Assembly (NCBI GenBank): GCA_965287045.1
Contig: OZ336890.1
Coordinates: 26,350,001-26,414,000, forward strand
Length of the DNA stretch: 64,000 bases
DNA from: Carcharhinus amblyrhynchos
Lineage: Eukaryota
Direction of reading: 5' to 3'
The translations under genes and the position numbers were made by a program. The notes beneath the pieces are model-generated. The model was given only the letters and a program-made list of their open reading frames with translations, was not told the DNA's origin and did no database searches. Below are positions 24,786 to 38,010 of the stretch, one piece after another (position 1 is the stretch's first letter; the number at the start of each line of letters is the position of its first letter).

Positions 24786-24999
24786 TGAGTTTAATCCAAT
24801 ACAAACTCCTGAGCGGCAATGTTATCCAAATCACGGTGTACAAAAAAATTTTGCTTTTTTCACATCAAAACAGCAAAATTAACAACTAACCAGTGTAAAT
24901 GGCCAAGTTTGTTGTTTGAACAGTTGTGGAGTGTGCAAATAGTTTCAGTAATGACAGAGGGAGACCTTTGAAAAGAATGTTTCCCTCTACAGGATACTG

Positions 25000-25280
25000 G
25001 GATCTTGAGTGAATACAGTAGTATATTGGTTAATAGAAAAGTTATGGTAATAAGTTAATGATATAGATCAAGATGTAACAATGACATCAGTAGTCTTGTG
25101 CTGGAGACTACGTACAGCAGATTGAATAGTTTTCACTCGAGAGAGATGTGCTTACCTAGTAGCTTATCACATGCACAGAATATATAGTATAAATAAACAA
25201 GTTTGAGGTCACTACATGAGTCAGTCCACAGTTACTCTCAGGATAAGAGCGGCCACACAATGGGAAGCACGGAGGATGCA
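25000..25280 (+). mobile_element. Possible LTR 3' part with PBS-like sequence
   Basis: aataaa near 25192, end …ccacaca at ~25259 followed by atgggaagcacggaggatg (TGG-like primer-binding start). Confidence 0.25.
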
Positions 25281-25519
25281 AAGAAAATTTTGGACCAAGG
25301 TTGTTCCACTCCCTAACTATCTACGTAAGGCTCAGTGTAACAATAATCACTGGAAGTTTGAAAGATATAGTCAATATTTGAACAAAGAATATTGGGAAAA
25401 ACTGTTCACAATGAAAATTAAGTATGTGATAGCAGCTGTTAAGTAGGGGCAAAAACCAAAACTTTCAGGTTGGTGAATTAATTTGCTGGTGCCAATTAGG
25501 AAGTACTTTTTCTTGGTAC

Positions 25520-27120
25520 TGTTTTTTAAAAAATATTTTTGTTAGCAGTTTTCCATTTTACATTGCAAAATGCAATTTTAAAATGCCATTTTAAAATGCA
25601 ACAAATCCCCAAAATCTAGTTCAGTACAGGCGGCTATTATTCCACATAAACGTAGAGAAAAGACCAGCAAATATTCTTACAAATCATTGCAATCATTGGA
25701 GTCCATGTTTCCACTTGCACAGATTAAGAAAGGATACAAAGAGAATTGTGGCATTTCAGGACAATGGGATAGCTGGATACATTCATGAGTACATGGTCCC
25801 ACGGTGCACACCCTCCTCCACAGGATAACAAAAACAGAACTACACAATATATAAGGTCCCTTGTGGGATAATATACAACCAACCAGGGCCTAACATCCCA
25901 TGACCTCCAAGCAATGAAAGGTGAACCCAGAAAAAGGGAATCCTCAGGATACCACCATCAGTGTGTCAGCATTCGTTTCCATGTGTCGGAACCGGTAAAC
26001 CAAGGATTGATAAACCTCAGCTAGGCTCACAATGCTACAAACCTCCCTCCTCTCCATGATATTTGTCTACCGTAAAAAAAAAATTCAGATTGCGCAATGC
26101 AATGGGATAACAGGCAACAAATGTCTTTGTGTTCATATATTACACATCCTTATCAGGATAAAAGACAAATCGGGATTATAATCTTGGATTATACAAAGGA
26201 ACTAAATTCAGGATTAAGTGATGAACCAGAGGATAAATTAATCATTCGCAGAGCTGGAAAAGGCCAAAGGACCATTGAGCAAAATCCAGGGTCCGTCCAG
26301 AGTTTCACTGAAGCCTTTGCACTTTGCTGTATCAATGTTCTGAGGCTCCAGCAAAGAGAACCAGAGACCCCAGCAGATTACAAGGAACTAATATGCCTGG
26401 CCAACTCCAACCCTTCTCAAATGAACACTGAGGACTAGATAGCACAAGACCAGGGGTGGAGTCTTCAACCGATCCCCAAGTCTTGAAGACCAGATATAAT
26501 GAACTTCATCGAACTTGAGGTGCCCAGCCCTCAAATTGAGATTGTGAAAGCATGGCAGCCAAATCTCAAATTCCACCGGGAATTCATCCTCAGCTCCCCG
26601 AGTCAGCCATGATGTACGACACACCATGCTGCAGCATTTCCAAGAACTGAAGATGAGTCTTCATTGAGGAAGCTGCCCTCTTGATTGACAGGATTTTCTT
26701 CTCTGGTCCATCCGTTGTCTTTAGGATAACTCACAGTTCGTCAATGAGTACCAATAATCTGTGCTCAGAGAGCCAAGCTCATCATCCACACCTTCAGTCA
26801 TTATGGCGCCATCGTCACAACACCAACAGCATCATCGAGATGTAGACCCGCTCACCAGTGAAACCACCACTGCGAACTGGGCCCCACTTCAGCCGGCTCC
26901 AAACGCCTTGATCAAACAAGGAGTTTCTTGACTTAACTCAACTCGCCCTCACCAAAGTTTCGCCAGGATCTTCCAGCATCATAGCACAGATTATACACAT
27001 CATGATCAGATAATTATGTGTTATGCATCAAGATAAAGAATGGATTAACAATTAGTGCCAGGTGAAAGCACAGCCCATGCTGCACTTACATCAATGGCCT
27101 CCCTTGACACCATTTCTGTT
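25520..27120 (-). mobile_element. Degenerate, internally deleted L1-type LINE
   Basis: 26388-26627(-) …GAEDEFPVEFEIWLPCFHNLNLRAGHLKFDEVH… resembles vertebrate L1 ORF1 (GLPEGAEG..P..FFE.WLP.LL…L.IERAH). Downstream sequence resembles an ORF2 3' end with an A-rich terminus. Confidence 0.55.
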
Positions 27121-27732
27121 ACAAGCAGGTGAAGGTCACAGGACTTCCAAATGACTAAAAGCTCACCAGCGGGCCAAAGAATCACCTAATACTGCGAAAG
27201 CCTCAGCTAGAGTTGCATTGAACAGCCTGACTCGTGCACAGCCAACATGCAGGTCTTTGGAAGTCACAAGATTTGTGCAAAAAAAAGAAAATTTTGGCCA
27301 CATGCTGAAACAGCAATGCAACATCAGACACATTACATACATTCTCACTAAATAAACCAGTCCCTTTGAAATGCATGTTGCAGTCTTTCCTTCATTCACT
27401 TTGGAGAGAAGACGTGTTTTAGGTATTTTTCCAAATCAGAAACAGAAATTGCAGATTTCAGCTCAATTTAAATGGGTAAAGCAGGATGCAATCCCTCCAT
27501 TGTAAATACATCCAGATCATGTAGAGTTGATTAGAATTTTCAATTCCTGTGGTTTATCTGCTGCTGAAGGCTGTTGCATACTATCCATCTTGGGCCTTTC
27601 ATTCAAATCTACATTAAATCTTGGTCAATGGGAATAGGAACAGTGTATCTGCAACAAACTTGCCCTCTGGGTCATACCGTTGGCCTCACCACACACCCTC
27701 TCTCATGACTGATTTTAGCAGCAGCTTGTTTG

Positions 27733-28030
27733 AAAGTTTGAAGTTTTTAATACCACAAGTCAGCTTACTGCAGTGAAGTTATTATGAAAATCCACAGGTC
27801 ACCACACTCTGGCACTTGTTCGGGTACACTGAGGGAGAATTTAGTATGCCCAATGCACTTAACCAGCATATCTTTCAGACTCAGAGGAAAATTGGAGCAC
27901 CCGGAGGAAACCCACGCAGACACGGGGAGAACATGCAAACTCTACACAGACAATAACCCAATCTGGGAATCGAACGCAGATATCTAGCAGTGTGAGGCAG
28001 CGATACCAACCACTGTGCTGCCCTGTTGTC
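27733..28030 (-). mobile_element. V-SINE with Rex1-like tail
   Basis: ggagcacccggaggaaacccacgcagacacggggagaacatgcaaactc V-domain; tail cactctggcacttgttcgggtacactgagggagaatttag. Confidence 0.85.
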
Positions 28031-29159
28031 GCAGTTCCTCAGTTTAGTTCAAATGAGGCCCTTGATTTCTGCATGCCAATGGTGTTTGTTTTTCGCTGAA
28101 ATCTGGGCCATGGCTGAGGTGTTATAGACATGACCACAACAGAATAGAACCAAGACAGATTTTGGAATCCCTACTAGGAATGGGAACAGAGGCAAGATTG
28201 TGAGAGTGGGGCTGGGGTGAGGGGTGGTGAGCATGCAACAGAATCATCCACCTGCATACAGTGGGTAGTCAATTCAGCTTCAGAGTCACTTAAGGCCAAT
28301 TCAAGGCAGCTGACTGGGATTTTCCTCCAGATTCCCAAGGGCAAATGTGGACATTTTAGGTGCCTGGAAGGGACCTAACTCGCAGTCACAGACCAGGAAC
28401 CAGCACTCGAGAAGAGAGGGGTCCTTCCTGCCCACTGGGTGCTGCAGCAGCTACAGGCCACAATACGGAAGGGGGATTCCCCACTGACACTGGTGGCCTA
28501 GCTGCCAAGGCCGTTTTAACCTTTGAAAACGTTAGGGGGAAGTGCCTCTATTTTGAAATGACCTCTCCCTCGCTAACCTGCCATAGCCTCCTGTTACTGC
28601 TCTCAGGCAGGAAGGCCTTGGAATGGCTCTTCCAGCTTGGGAAGCCTGCCCACCTTGGACTGCGAGTGACTCTGAGACCATTAGTTGGCTGTTTTGGGGA
28701 AAGAATTTCCGAAGGGTAAAACAGTAAAATAAGAACACTGCTCCAAACTGTTTTCTGTTTCTTTTCCTTTTAGACCAGCTCCCCATCCTCCTCCTCCATT
28801 CAAAAAAATTAGAATCTGTATACAAATCATGGCCCACTAAAGCCATGCAACCTTTTATGGTCACTGTTAAACAACGGCGATCGACTGTCCTGAAGCTCTT
28901 TGTGACCTTAAGCAGAAAGCACACATCATTGACGGTGACCCTGCTGGGGCTCAGCTTCATTATAGACTGGTCATCTGTTATTTGTACAGTCCCTGCCCAC
29001 AGTGAAAGAGCTGTTGGGGGGTGGGGGCACTCTCTTAATCACTGGCTGGAGTTTCAGAAGAGTCAGACAAGTTTAAGGATGCCATTTTCCAGACCAGTCT
29101 GGGAGATGGGAGATGGGACCTGTACATACTGTTCTGATTGCCTTTCAGCAAGGGCTCGG

Positions 29160-31678
29160 ACTAAGGAGAGCATTATTAGAGTTTTGGAGAGAAGATGATC
29201 TGGGGTGGGGTTGGAGGGTGGGAGTCAAGGGCAGGATCTATTTGGTTAGAGTTCAGAAACAATAGCAATGCTGTTACACCATTGAATACATTCCAGCGGC
29301 CGCCAGCTAGTGGAAAATACACAAAGGAGAAAAGTTTGAGGTACAAGGGTGAGAGTTGTGTTCGTTGGGAACTTTGATTATCCAAATAAATGCTAGAATG
29401 GCAACACTCTAGAGACTGGGAATAGAGGGATACAAACGGATGGTCTAGTTAGGAACAAATGATTGGTGCAAGCTTGAAGGGCCAAAGGACCTGTTCCTGT
29501 GCTGCATTGTTTTTTGTTCTCTTTGTTCTTTGAGAGCACAGTGGGAGGAGAGCATCTGAGGCACTTTCAGGAGAGTCTTTTTGATCAGCATTTCAATGAG
29601 GGAAATAGTATTACTGGATCTGCTCCTGAGGAATGAGACGGGCCAAGTGGATAGCTGATATTAGGGTAATATTTAGGGAACGGTGATAATAGGATTATAA
29701 GATTTAGATTAGCCATGGATCAATATAGAACAAAAAGTACATCGTTTGGAGGAGGGCCAATTTCAGTGGGATGAAAACAGATCTGTCACAGGTAAAGATT
29801 GGAAAAAGCAAAACAGAAATGAAACAATGGACTGTATTTAAAAAGTCGGGCTGTATATGATGGTGGTACATTCCCATAAAGGGAAACAATCAAAATCTGA
29901 TCTCCCTGGATGATGCAAGTGATAGAAAGTAAAATAAATCAGAAGGTGGGGTGGCAGGGGGCAGCTATGATCAATGTTATTGAAAATACAAGTGAGAATC
30001 AGACTGAAATGTAAAAAATTCAGAGCAGCAATGAAAAAGGCAAGGAGTGAAGAGACCGGTAGATAACATCACGTACTTCAAAAGTCCTCTGTGGGTATAG
30101 AAATAGTTAAAAAAGGTAATTTGAAATGGGGTTGACGCATGGAGGTTGAGAGCATGGCTAATGCGTCAAGTACTTTGCATCTTTCTTTGCCGTGGAAGGT
30201 GTTGCCAAAGTCCTAGTTGAGGAGGTGGTAATTCAGATAATGGATGGATAAAATTGGTAAAGAGGAAATATCAGAAAGACTGGCTGTATAAGTCACCAAA
30301 GGCCAAATGTAACACATCCAAGGATATGGGGAGGGAAAGGGCAGAAAGTCAAGTGATACTGGCCATGATCCTCAAATCATCCTTAGATTCAGAAGTGGTG
30401 CCATAGGTGTGAGGAACTGCAAATCCTCCATCCTATTCAAAAAGGGAAATTAGGATAAACCCCTGAAAAGTACAGTTCGGTCAGTCAAACATCAGTGGTG
30501 GGAAAGCTTTTAGAAATGATAATCAAGACAAAACCAGCAATCCATTAGAAACACATGGATGAAGAAAACCTATACAGATTTATTAAAGGTAATTTGTGTC
30601 CAACTGACCTGATTGAGGCTTTGATGCAAATAGAGAGGGTTGAAGATAATGTGGTTGATATCTATATGGGCTTCCAAAAAGCACTTGATCAAATGCCACA
30701 CTACAGGCTTGCAATAAAATGAGCAGTGGCACCAGGGAGATAAAGTTGGCCGATTAACAGGAAACAGAGAGCACGGCTAAGGAGTGTTTTGCACAGGATT
30801 AAGGTAGACACCAATTTCCCAAAGGTCAGTACGGGCACCACTTCTTTCCTTTTCAGTCCTTAATGACTTAGACTTGGACGCACACTGCATATGGCACAAA
30901 ATGAGGAAGTACTGTGAACTGTGAGGATAGTAGTAAACTTCAAAAGAACAGGGGCAGGTTGGTGGAATGGGCAAATATTTGACAGATCAAATTAATGCAA
31001 AGAAATGTGAAGTGATAACTTTTAGTCAGGAGGAGAGAGGCAATTAGAAAGAAAGGATACAATTCTAAAGTGGATGGAGGGACAAGAAGACCCAAGGTAT
31101 CTGAGCACTTGAAGCTGGCAGGGAAAGTTGAGAAAGTGAGATCCTGGGCTTTATAAATTGAGGCATAGAGTACAAATGCAAAGATGTTGTGTGCTGAATC
31201 ATTTTATATACTAGTCTCGTCTCAGCTTGAATATTGTGTCTAATTCTGGAGACTAAATCTTAAGAATATTGTGAACATTTTAGAAAGGGCACAGAAAGGA
31301 TTTAGGAAAATGATTCCAAAGATGAGGGACTTCAGGCAAGAGGATAGATTGGAGAAATTGGGGTTGTTCTCCTTAGAGTATTGAGAGAAGATTTCATGGC
31401 GATGTTTACGTTTCATGGCCTAGAGAGAATAGATAGAGAGAAACTGTTCCCTTTGGCAGAGGGATCAAGAACCAGAGCACACAGATTGAATGGCAAAAGA
31501 CCTTAAGGCTACATAAGACAACATTGTTTTATGCAGCATGTGGTTAGGATCTGGAATGCACTGCCGTGTGTGTGGTAGAAGATAGCAATGTGCAGAGAAA
31601 GGGTGGAGGAGTAGAGTTGGAGCACACTAGATGTAGAAAATAGCTTCTGTCTGTGCTGTAGACATTCTATAATTTTTA
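29160..31678 (+). mobile_element. Long degenerate CR1 ORF2 (endonuclease to 3'UTR)
   Basis: Remnants SIWLEFRNNSNAVT…FQRPPASG (endonuclease), VVDIYMGFQKALDQMPH (RT), QLEYCV*FW, TRAHRL…QHVVRIWNALP; many stops and frameshifts. Confidence 0.85.
29410..29532 (+). mobile_element. CR1 3' fragment nested in older CR1
   Basis: gattggtgcaagcttgaagggccaaaggacctgttcctgtgctgcattg…(ttctttg) tail interrupts the endonuclease region. Confidence 0.7.
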
Positions 31679-31687
31679 TAATGGCAT

Positions 31688-31890
31688 AATAGGTGGCTAC
31701 TTGGCCCATCAAATCCATGTCAGCTTCCTATAGAACAATTCATTCAGTCCTACTTCTCTACATTGTCCCCGCATAGCCCTGCAGATGCATTTCGTTTATG
31801 CATCTATTCAATTTCCTTTCAAATTCGATTGTTTTGTCTTCCATTGCCCTCGTGGGCAGCGCGCTCCAGGGCATTACCGCTTTGGTGGCG
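31688..31890 (-). mobile_element. CR1 3' fragment
   Basis: ggctacttggcccatcaaatccatg…ccctcgtgggcagcgcgctccagggcattacc (reverse: VMPWSALP); tail-to-tail with the preceding CR1. Confidence 0.65.
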
Positions 31891-33126
31891 GGAACTACTT
31901 TTTATGCATTGAAGCATGAATCGGTATTGATAAAAATCAGACAAAACCTCAACAAATTCCTTGCAGGCTGTGCCTGCACATTTACATCTCCCCTCACCTA
32001 TAAACCTAGCCCACAGAGATAACAATGGCCTTTCATGATGAAATGGCCCAAGGTATAAATAAACAGTCACTGGTTTCTTTCAGGATCTGAATGTGGAAGT
32101 GCTGATTCAAACTTTTGTGTTGAGCTAATTGTAAAGGCATTGGGATTTGACAAGATAGCATTTGCTGGCCAAGCTCACAGCACAGTTAGCAACTGGTCCA
32201 CGGAGAGACCAGCAGCTAGATGCTGCAGAGGGGGCTAGAAGAGAGCAGTCTTTCCACTCTGCTCACAAAACCCGCTGTAAGCACTTCTAAAACGCAAGTG
32301 CCTTTTGAAAGCATTTTGTTTGTGATCTGATTAACATGGTAGTCATGAACAAATGTCCTTTAGCTCTACACAGCCACAGGTATATCAATTTATTTTAATA
32401 AAGCCAACACACAGACGACCATTCTGAGTGTGGCGTGGCATTCATATGACTGAATATAGACAGAAGTGTCTGAAGACTCCTGACACCACTATATTTTATT
32501 TAAATAAATCAATTTGTTTACTGGTTGATGTGGTTTGTAAAACACAAGATGAATTCCTCTGTCGCTGTGATGGCAGAGGAGCTCACAGCAGATTGGTAAA
32601 TGGCTTAATCGCCAATTCAAGAAATAGGGGATGGATATCTTACAATGATGAGGCACACAGTCAAGTTCAAATGAGCTCACAAAATTCAGCCCAATTAGAG
32701 TAAACCGGCATGCAAAACAAAAAAGTGGGCAAATTGATAACCTGTGGAACGATGGAATTGCTGGCAGTTCAATGCAACATTTGCTAAAATTAGAAAACTA
32801 AAATCATTGTAATGGAGGTTTATATACAGATCACAACACCTTTTTCTGTCATGCTTTTTGTTCAATGGCTCGATGCCTCAATGTAAGTCAGTTGCAGATA
32901 AGAAGTGGAGATGGGGAGTGCAGGAATGAATTGAAAGTGAGGACGGTAAACAGCAGTCAATGAGAATAAAACATTTTTAAAACTGTCATACTGTGCACTA
33001 TTTGACCTCAAGTAACACTTACCTGAATGTAACTTAACAGAAAACTAAAACTTATACATTTCATAATTACATTTAACTGGGAAAGTTGTCTTTTGTGGCC
33101 TTGATTATCTTTATTAATAGAGTTAG

Positions 33127-33226
33127 AGGGCGGCATTTTCCTGGTGGGACACAGACCATGCAAAGGTCTGTTGATTTAAGTGGGATTTTATGGTCTTGAG
33201 ATGAACATAACCAGAAAATCCCGCCC
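33127..33226. mobile_element. Harbinger-type MITE
   Basis: gggcggcattttcct … agaaaatcccgccc inverted ends; internal similarity to 14730-14845. Confidence 0.65.
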
Positions 33227-33227
33227 G

Positions 33228-33653
33228 TAGAGTCATAGAGCAATACCGCATGGAAACAGGCTCTTTGGCCCAACTGGTCCATACTGACAAGGCACCCTCC
33301 TAGCTAGTCCCAATTGCCCGTGTTTGGCCCATATCCCTCTAATCTATTCCCATTCATATACTTATCCAAATGCTTTTCAAATGTTGCTATTGTACCTGCC
33401 TCAACCACTTTGGCAGCTCATTCCATGTATGTGCCACCTGTGTGGAGAAGTTGCCCCTCAGATCCCCTTTAAATCTTTCCCCTCTCACCTTAAATTGATG
33501 CTCTCCAGTTTTCAATTCCCCTTCCCTGGGGGAAGGGCTATGTACATTTATCCTATCTTAGGATTGATTTTATATGCCTCAATAAAGGTCACCCCTCACT
33601 CGCCTACGTTCCAAGGAATAAAGTCATAATCTAGCCAAGCTCTCACTGTAACT
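33228..33653 (-). mobile_element. CR1 3' fragment
   Basis: tagagtcatagag tail, ggaaacaggctctttggcccaactggtcc; the reverse strand resembles RRVRGDLIEAYKI…GHQFKVRG. Confidence 0.8.
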
Positions 33654-34080
33654 GGTTTAAAAGATCCAACCACTCCAAAAAACTTGGATTTAACTTGATA
33701 ATTTTACCCAGGGTTATGCCTCATGGCTGACGAGTGTTCTGGTAGATCAAGTCTGTGCAGTGTAAACAAATTCCCAAAATGTAGCAGTACAAGATAATTA
33801 TCAACACAGACAGAAAAACAGGATTTTGCATTCTCTAAAACACAATGTCCCAAATTTTCCTGCCTCCGGATCTTCAGGAATGGGACGTATGTGGGGAAAT
33901 GCACATTAAGATCTCGTGGAAATTCTCATGCATGGATGTACATGGGTATTATCCAGGAAATTTAGACTTCCAATTGGCCAGATCCCGCTGCCCAGTCGCC
34001 TCTGTGCATATCTGACATGGAGCTCAGGGCAGACACTTTGGGCAAGATACAGAGGGCTTACCCGCACACTGATTCTGCAA

Positions 34081-34280
34081 ATGACGTGGAGATGCCAGTG
34101 CTGGACTGGGGTGGACAAGTTGAGATGTCACATGACAGCAGGTTAGAGTCCAACAGGTTTATCTGAAATCACAAATTTTTGAAGCACTGCTCCTCCTTAG
34201 TGAAGGAGCAGCACTCCTCAAGTCTGTGGTTTCAAACAAACTTGTTGGAAAAGAATGTGGTGTCAAGTGACCTCTCATTT
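34081..34280. mobile_element. Inverted pair of Penelope pLTRs (degenerate palindrome)
   Basis: Matches the pLTR at 6166-6290; arms mirrored about ctgctcct-ccttagtga-aggagcag (~34188-34211). Confidence 0.75.
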
Positions 34281-34465
34281 TGACCCTGCAAATGTAAGAC
34301 AGTTTAAACCTGATCTGCCAGCTGGATAACTCCACAACTGAACCCCGCCCTCCCCGCCACTCTCCCCCCATAACCTTCCAACTACTCAACTGCGCCCCGC
34401 AACTACCCAGTCACCCATTTCCTCATTCACTCATGACACCCAGACTTATTCATTAAAAAAAATTG

Positions 34466-35180
34466 GGGGGTGGAGTTCTCCCATTTTGAGACTATGTTCT
34501 GTGGCAAAGGCCAGTAGGTAAACACATCAAATCCTCTTGCCCTGACCTCATTAATTATGCACTCGAGTATTTTATGCCATATCTAGTAGTGGGGCAGGCC
34601 TGGATGTTGTGTAGTCCACCATCATATCCCCATGCCATATTGAAGAGATGTCCAACATCATTAACTCTCTACTGAAGAAAGGTGGACCCCCTAAAAATGA
34701 AGATAGATCTCCAGGATCACTGAGGCCAGATGATGGACATCCGGAGAGTGGAAATGGATCTTCAGCAACATTGAGGCTGGAAGACAGACTCCATCCAGGA
34801 CACCTGTTCCAGAAGGTCCACCTTCTGTGGTGTTCCAGGGCCCATGATTCTGGGTGGCTTCCATCCTGTATTCCACAGACAGCCCCACACATTTTTCAGG
34901 TGAGTCCCAACATCTGCATGCCATGTTATTCCAAATGGGTTCCATACCATCGTGTTTTCCACCTGGCACCAAGGAGAATCTGACAGAGTCATGTCAGGAT
35001 TTTATTTACATCCCGTTAACGGGACACAAATGAGGTTCACACTGATCTCAGGTGGGTTTTTCAATCCGCCATGGAAGACACCAGCAGACAATCCTGCTGT
35101 AAATTCAATGTCACCATGAAGCCGATTTCTGGGGCTGCAGCCATTAATCATGCCAGCGAGAACTTGAGAGGATTTCACCT
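34466..35180. mobile_element. Non-autonomous Harbinger relic
   Basis: gggtggagttctccc start, gagaggatttcacc end, subterminal ctcattaattatgca shared with the 53624-56602 element. Confidence 0.5.
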
Positions 35181-36429
35181 TTGGATCTTTAAAACCTTAC
35201 CTGAATATGAAAGGTAGTCCTGCAAAGAGATTATGGAGTGGAAAATATAATTGTGCTGACTAATCCTGAAATTGTTGAGATGCCAATGCCAGTAGTAGGT
35301 TGCATTATCGTCAACCATTATTCATTCCTAACAGTTCCTGGAACTGTTGGGACAAGGGAAATGGCACAAATTCCATTCTCTGCAAGCTGCCAATGATTTG
35401 CACCAAAATGCCATCAGTCTTGCCAAAGGTTATAAATTTATTTTTGTCATGAGGCCCCAAACTGAAGTTAATGGTGACCATGCAGTTGCTGGATTTACAA
35501 CATTACTGTGAACACATCCCACAATAGACATTCAAGGTTGGTAATTAATGTCTGAGAGGACCCTAATCACAGCGTGATTGATGGTCCTCACATGATACAT
35601 GATGAAAGAGACCAGTGAAGCTTTGGAGCTTGATTATCTGCTTTGACAGTCCTTTTTGCACTTGCCTTGCCAACCATATTCCAATGAAGGTAGACCATGA
35701 CCTTTCTACATCTGGCAGTCTCATGCTCCAGAAAAGCACTGTAATGGCATATCCACCATACCACACTGACTACTCTTCACCAGGATTTCTTTGGCTGGAA
35801 AGGACATCCTGAGTTTGAGAAAAGCACTATACAAATGAGAATCTTTTTTCACCTACTGGGTGTCTCATTGTTCTTGATCATAATAAATGAGGCTGTATAT
35901 TTCGTAAGTTAAGCATACTTGCATATTTTGTAAACCTACCAGCCATTGATTCATTAAATTTCTTAAAGGCCAACATAAATTTCCAAACACAATTGGCTTT
36001 GTATGCCTTTCCCTTCTGGTGTTTTTTTTCCTCAATTTGCCTTTGTCTATTTTTCATCTCTCTCATGTGCTCTGAATCCATCGTCTTTTACGTTTCCTGA
36101 TTATATTTAATTTACTTCTCATTCTTTTTGTCTATACTTTTCTTCCATTGATGAGAGAGTTAAGTACAATGTTCACTGGACACTTCACCAGCTTCCAGAC
36201 GCTGTGAATATACTGTGATGTTAATCATGAGCATAGAAGTCCGATCAAATGTTACTCAGTGCCAAACCCACTGTTACAGCAACGTTGAAGTTAATGTGCT
36301 GCTGAAGACGATCCATCAAGAGAATGGTAGATGCAGGAGCAGTTTTTAACTAAACATTGAAACAGGAGGTAAATAGCTTCATTTTATATTTCAAGCCAGT
36401 GTCAAGTTGAGAAACAGAGAGTTAAAGTT

Positions 36430-37980
36430 AATGTCCCTCCAGTGGCAAGTTTGGATTCATGGGGCATTTAATTGGATAAGAGGGTGCAGGATAGGGACCC
36501 ATAGCTGCCCAATTTAGTCCAGAGTGCAAAGGCTTACTTTATCAACAGCTGTCCTGCCCCATCCCTAATCGAGGTCTTTAAATGGTGAATTAAAGTTCAT
36601 CCCAACACCACTGGTAATCAACCAACAAAGTTGCCATATAAAAGTAAACACTGTCAGGCTTCTATGAAGGTGGGGGCGTGGGGTCACTAACATTCAAAGG
36701 CACTCAGTGCCTGACTGAGGGTCCCAGCATCAGGAAGGAGGCTAAAAGCTATCCCTGGCCTTCCTTCAGATCCTCTCCTCTTCGTGACTCCCATCCTGCC
36801 ATCACCATTTATGGCCTAAGTCTCTCAGTGACCCTGGCATATGCCTGAATGTCAGCAATCACTGCTGTTAGTGACAAAGTAGAGCTGCCAGCCTCTGAAT
36901 CACTACAATTCTTGCCATGGTCCTAAGTCCTGAGGAAGGCCAAACACCAGCCATTTAAGTGTCTGACGGGCACTTAGTTCCATTCAGCCTTCCTCAAAGA
37001 AAGGGAAGAGACCTCATGCTGGTTCTCCAGCTAGCAGGCAAGACCTCCATCACCAATATTAAATTCAACTCAAAGAAAGGGATACTGTTCCATTGTAATA
37101 TTCACAGTCCCAAAGCTAACCCGTGTTTACATTGGGCATATAGGGAAATAAAAACATTATTTCTGCCACGACAGAGTCACATTCTAGAAATAGGTAAAAA
37201 TTCTGCCCCTGAAATCAGGGAGTTGGGCCCAGCTGGCCATTTGACTCACCAATTGCCTCCAATGAAGTGGGATTTTGGAACAATAAGATTGTGGAATCTG
37301 AATTGTACAGAATGGAACAGGTAACAGGAGGTCTGAACTCGGTGGGTGTGTTTGAATAATTAGGGTACCTCTTTGCAGAAATAAGGTACTCCTTTGGACA
37401 TGATCCCGGGACATCTTTGGGAGAGGTAAGACACTTTGGAAGAAGTGAGGCAGCCTTTGGGATTGTTAAAGGTGAACATGATTATGCACCTTTTGCGCAC
37501 AAAATCATTGTATTTGTTAAGCTGTTGAAGACCTGTTCGGGAAGTGAAAAAGCTGTTAAGGAATGGTCCAATGATACCAAGTGTGTTGGCATGAAGGGGG
37601 CATGAGCAAATGGAGTGGGTAGAGAGCATTAAGTTTTGTATAAGGACCATAGAAGTGGGTAGAGAAGCACTAAGTTAGCTTGGGGAATGCATGCAAGGGT
37701 GGTTGTGGGTGGGGGCATGCATGGAGCATGAAATATATGGAGGACATGCGTAGGGGGGGCAAGGTTGGAAGATTGTTAATTATTTCAACACAGGCCAGTT
37801 CTGCACCTAACAACCAGTGCATTAAATTCCCGAGTTGTTCACACCACACCCGCCCCCCCGCCCCCCAAACCCACAGACTGAACATCAGACCAGTGGCCAG
37901 ACATTTTTAAATGTTGGGTTTACAGAGCCGAGGAATCTCTCGAGTGGGCGAATCAGAGCCTGGGTCAAAAATCTGGATTT
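36430..37980. mobile_element. Cluster of decayed Harbinger-like non-autonomous fragments
   Basis: TIR-like gtaaaaattctgcccc (~37194-37209), GC-rich and G-skewed interior like the other relics; internal boundaries unclear. Confidence 0.35.
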
Positions 37981-38010
37981 ATGCAGTAAATGTTAAAAAC
38001 TATGACAAGT

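Noticed and set aside
25552-25602. cattttaaaatg palindromic repeats
   Set aside because: Short AT-rich low-complexity sequence in an L1-like tail.
33017-33080. Perfect minus-strand donor CAG|GTAAGT at ~33023
   Set aside because: The 55-nt exon from the best upstream acceptor has stops in all frames, and nearer acceptors are weak.
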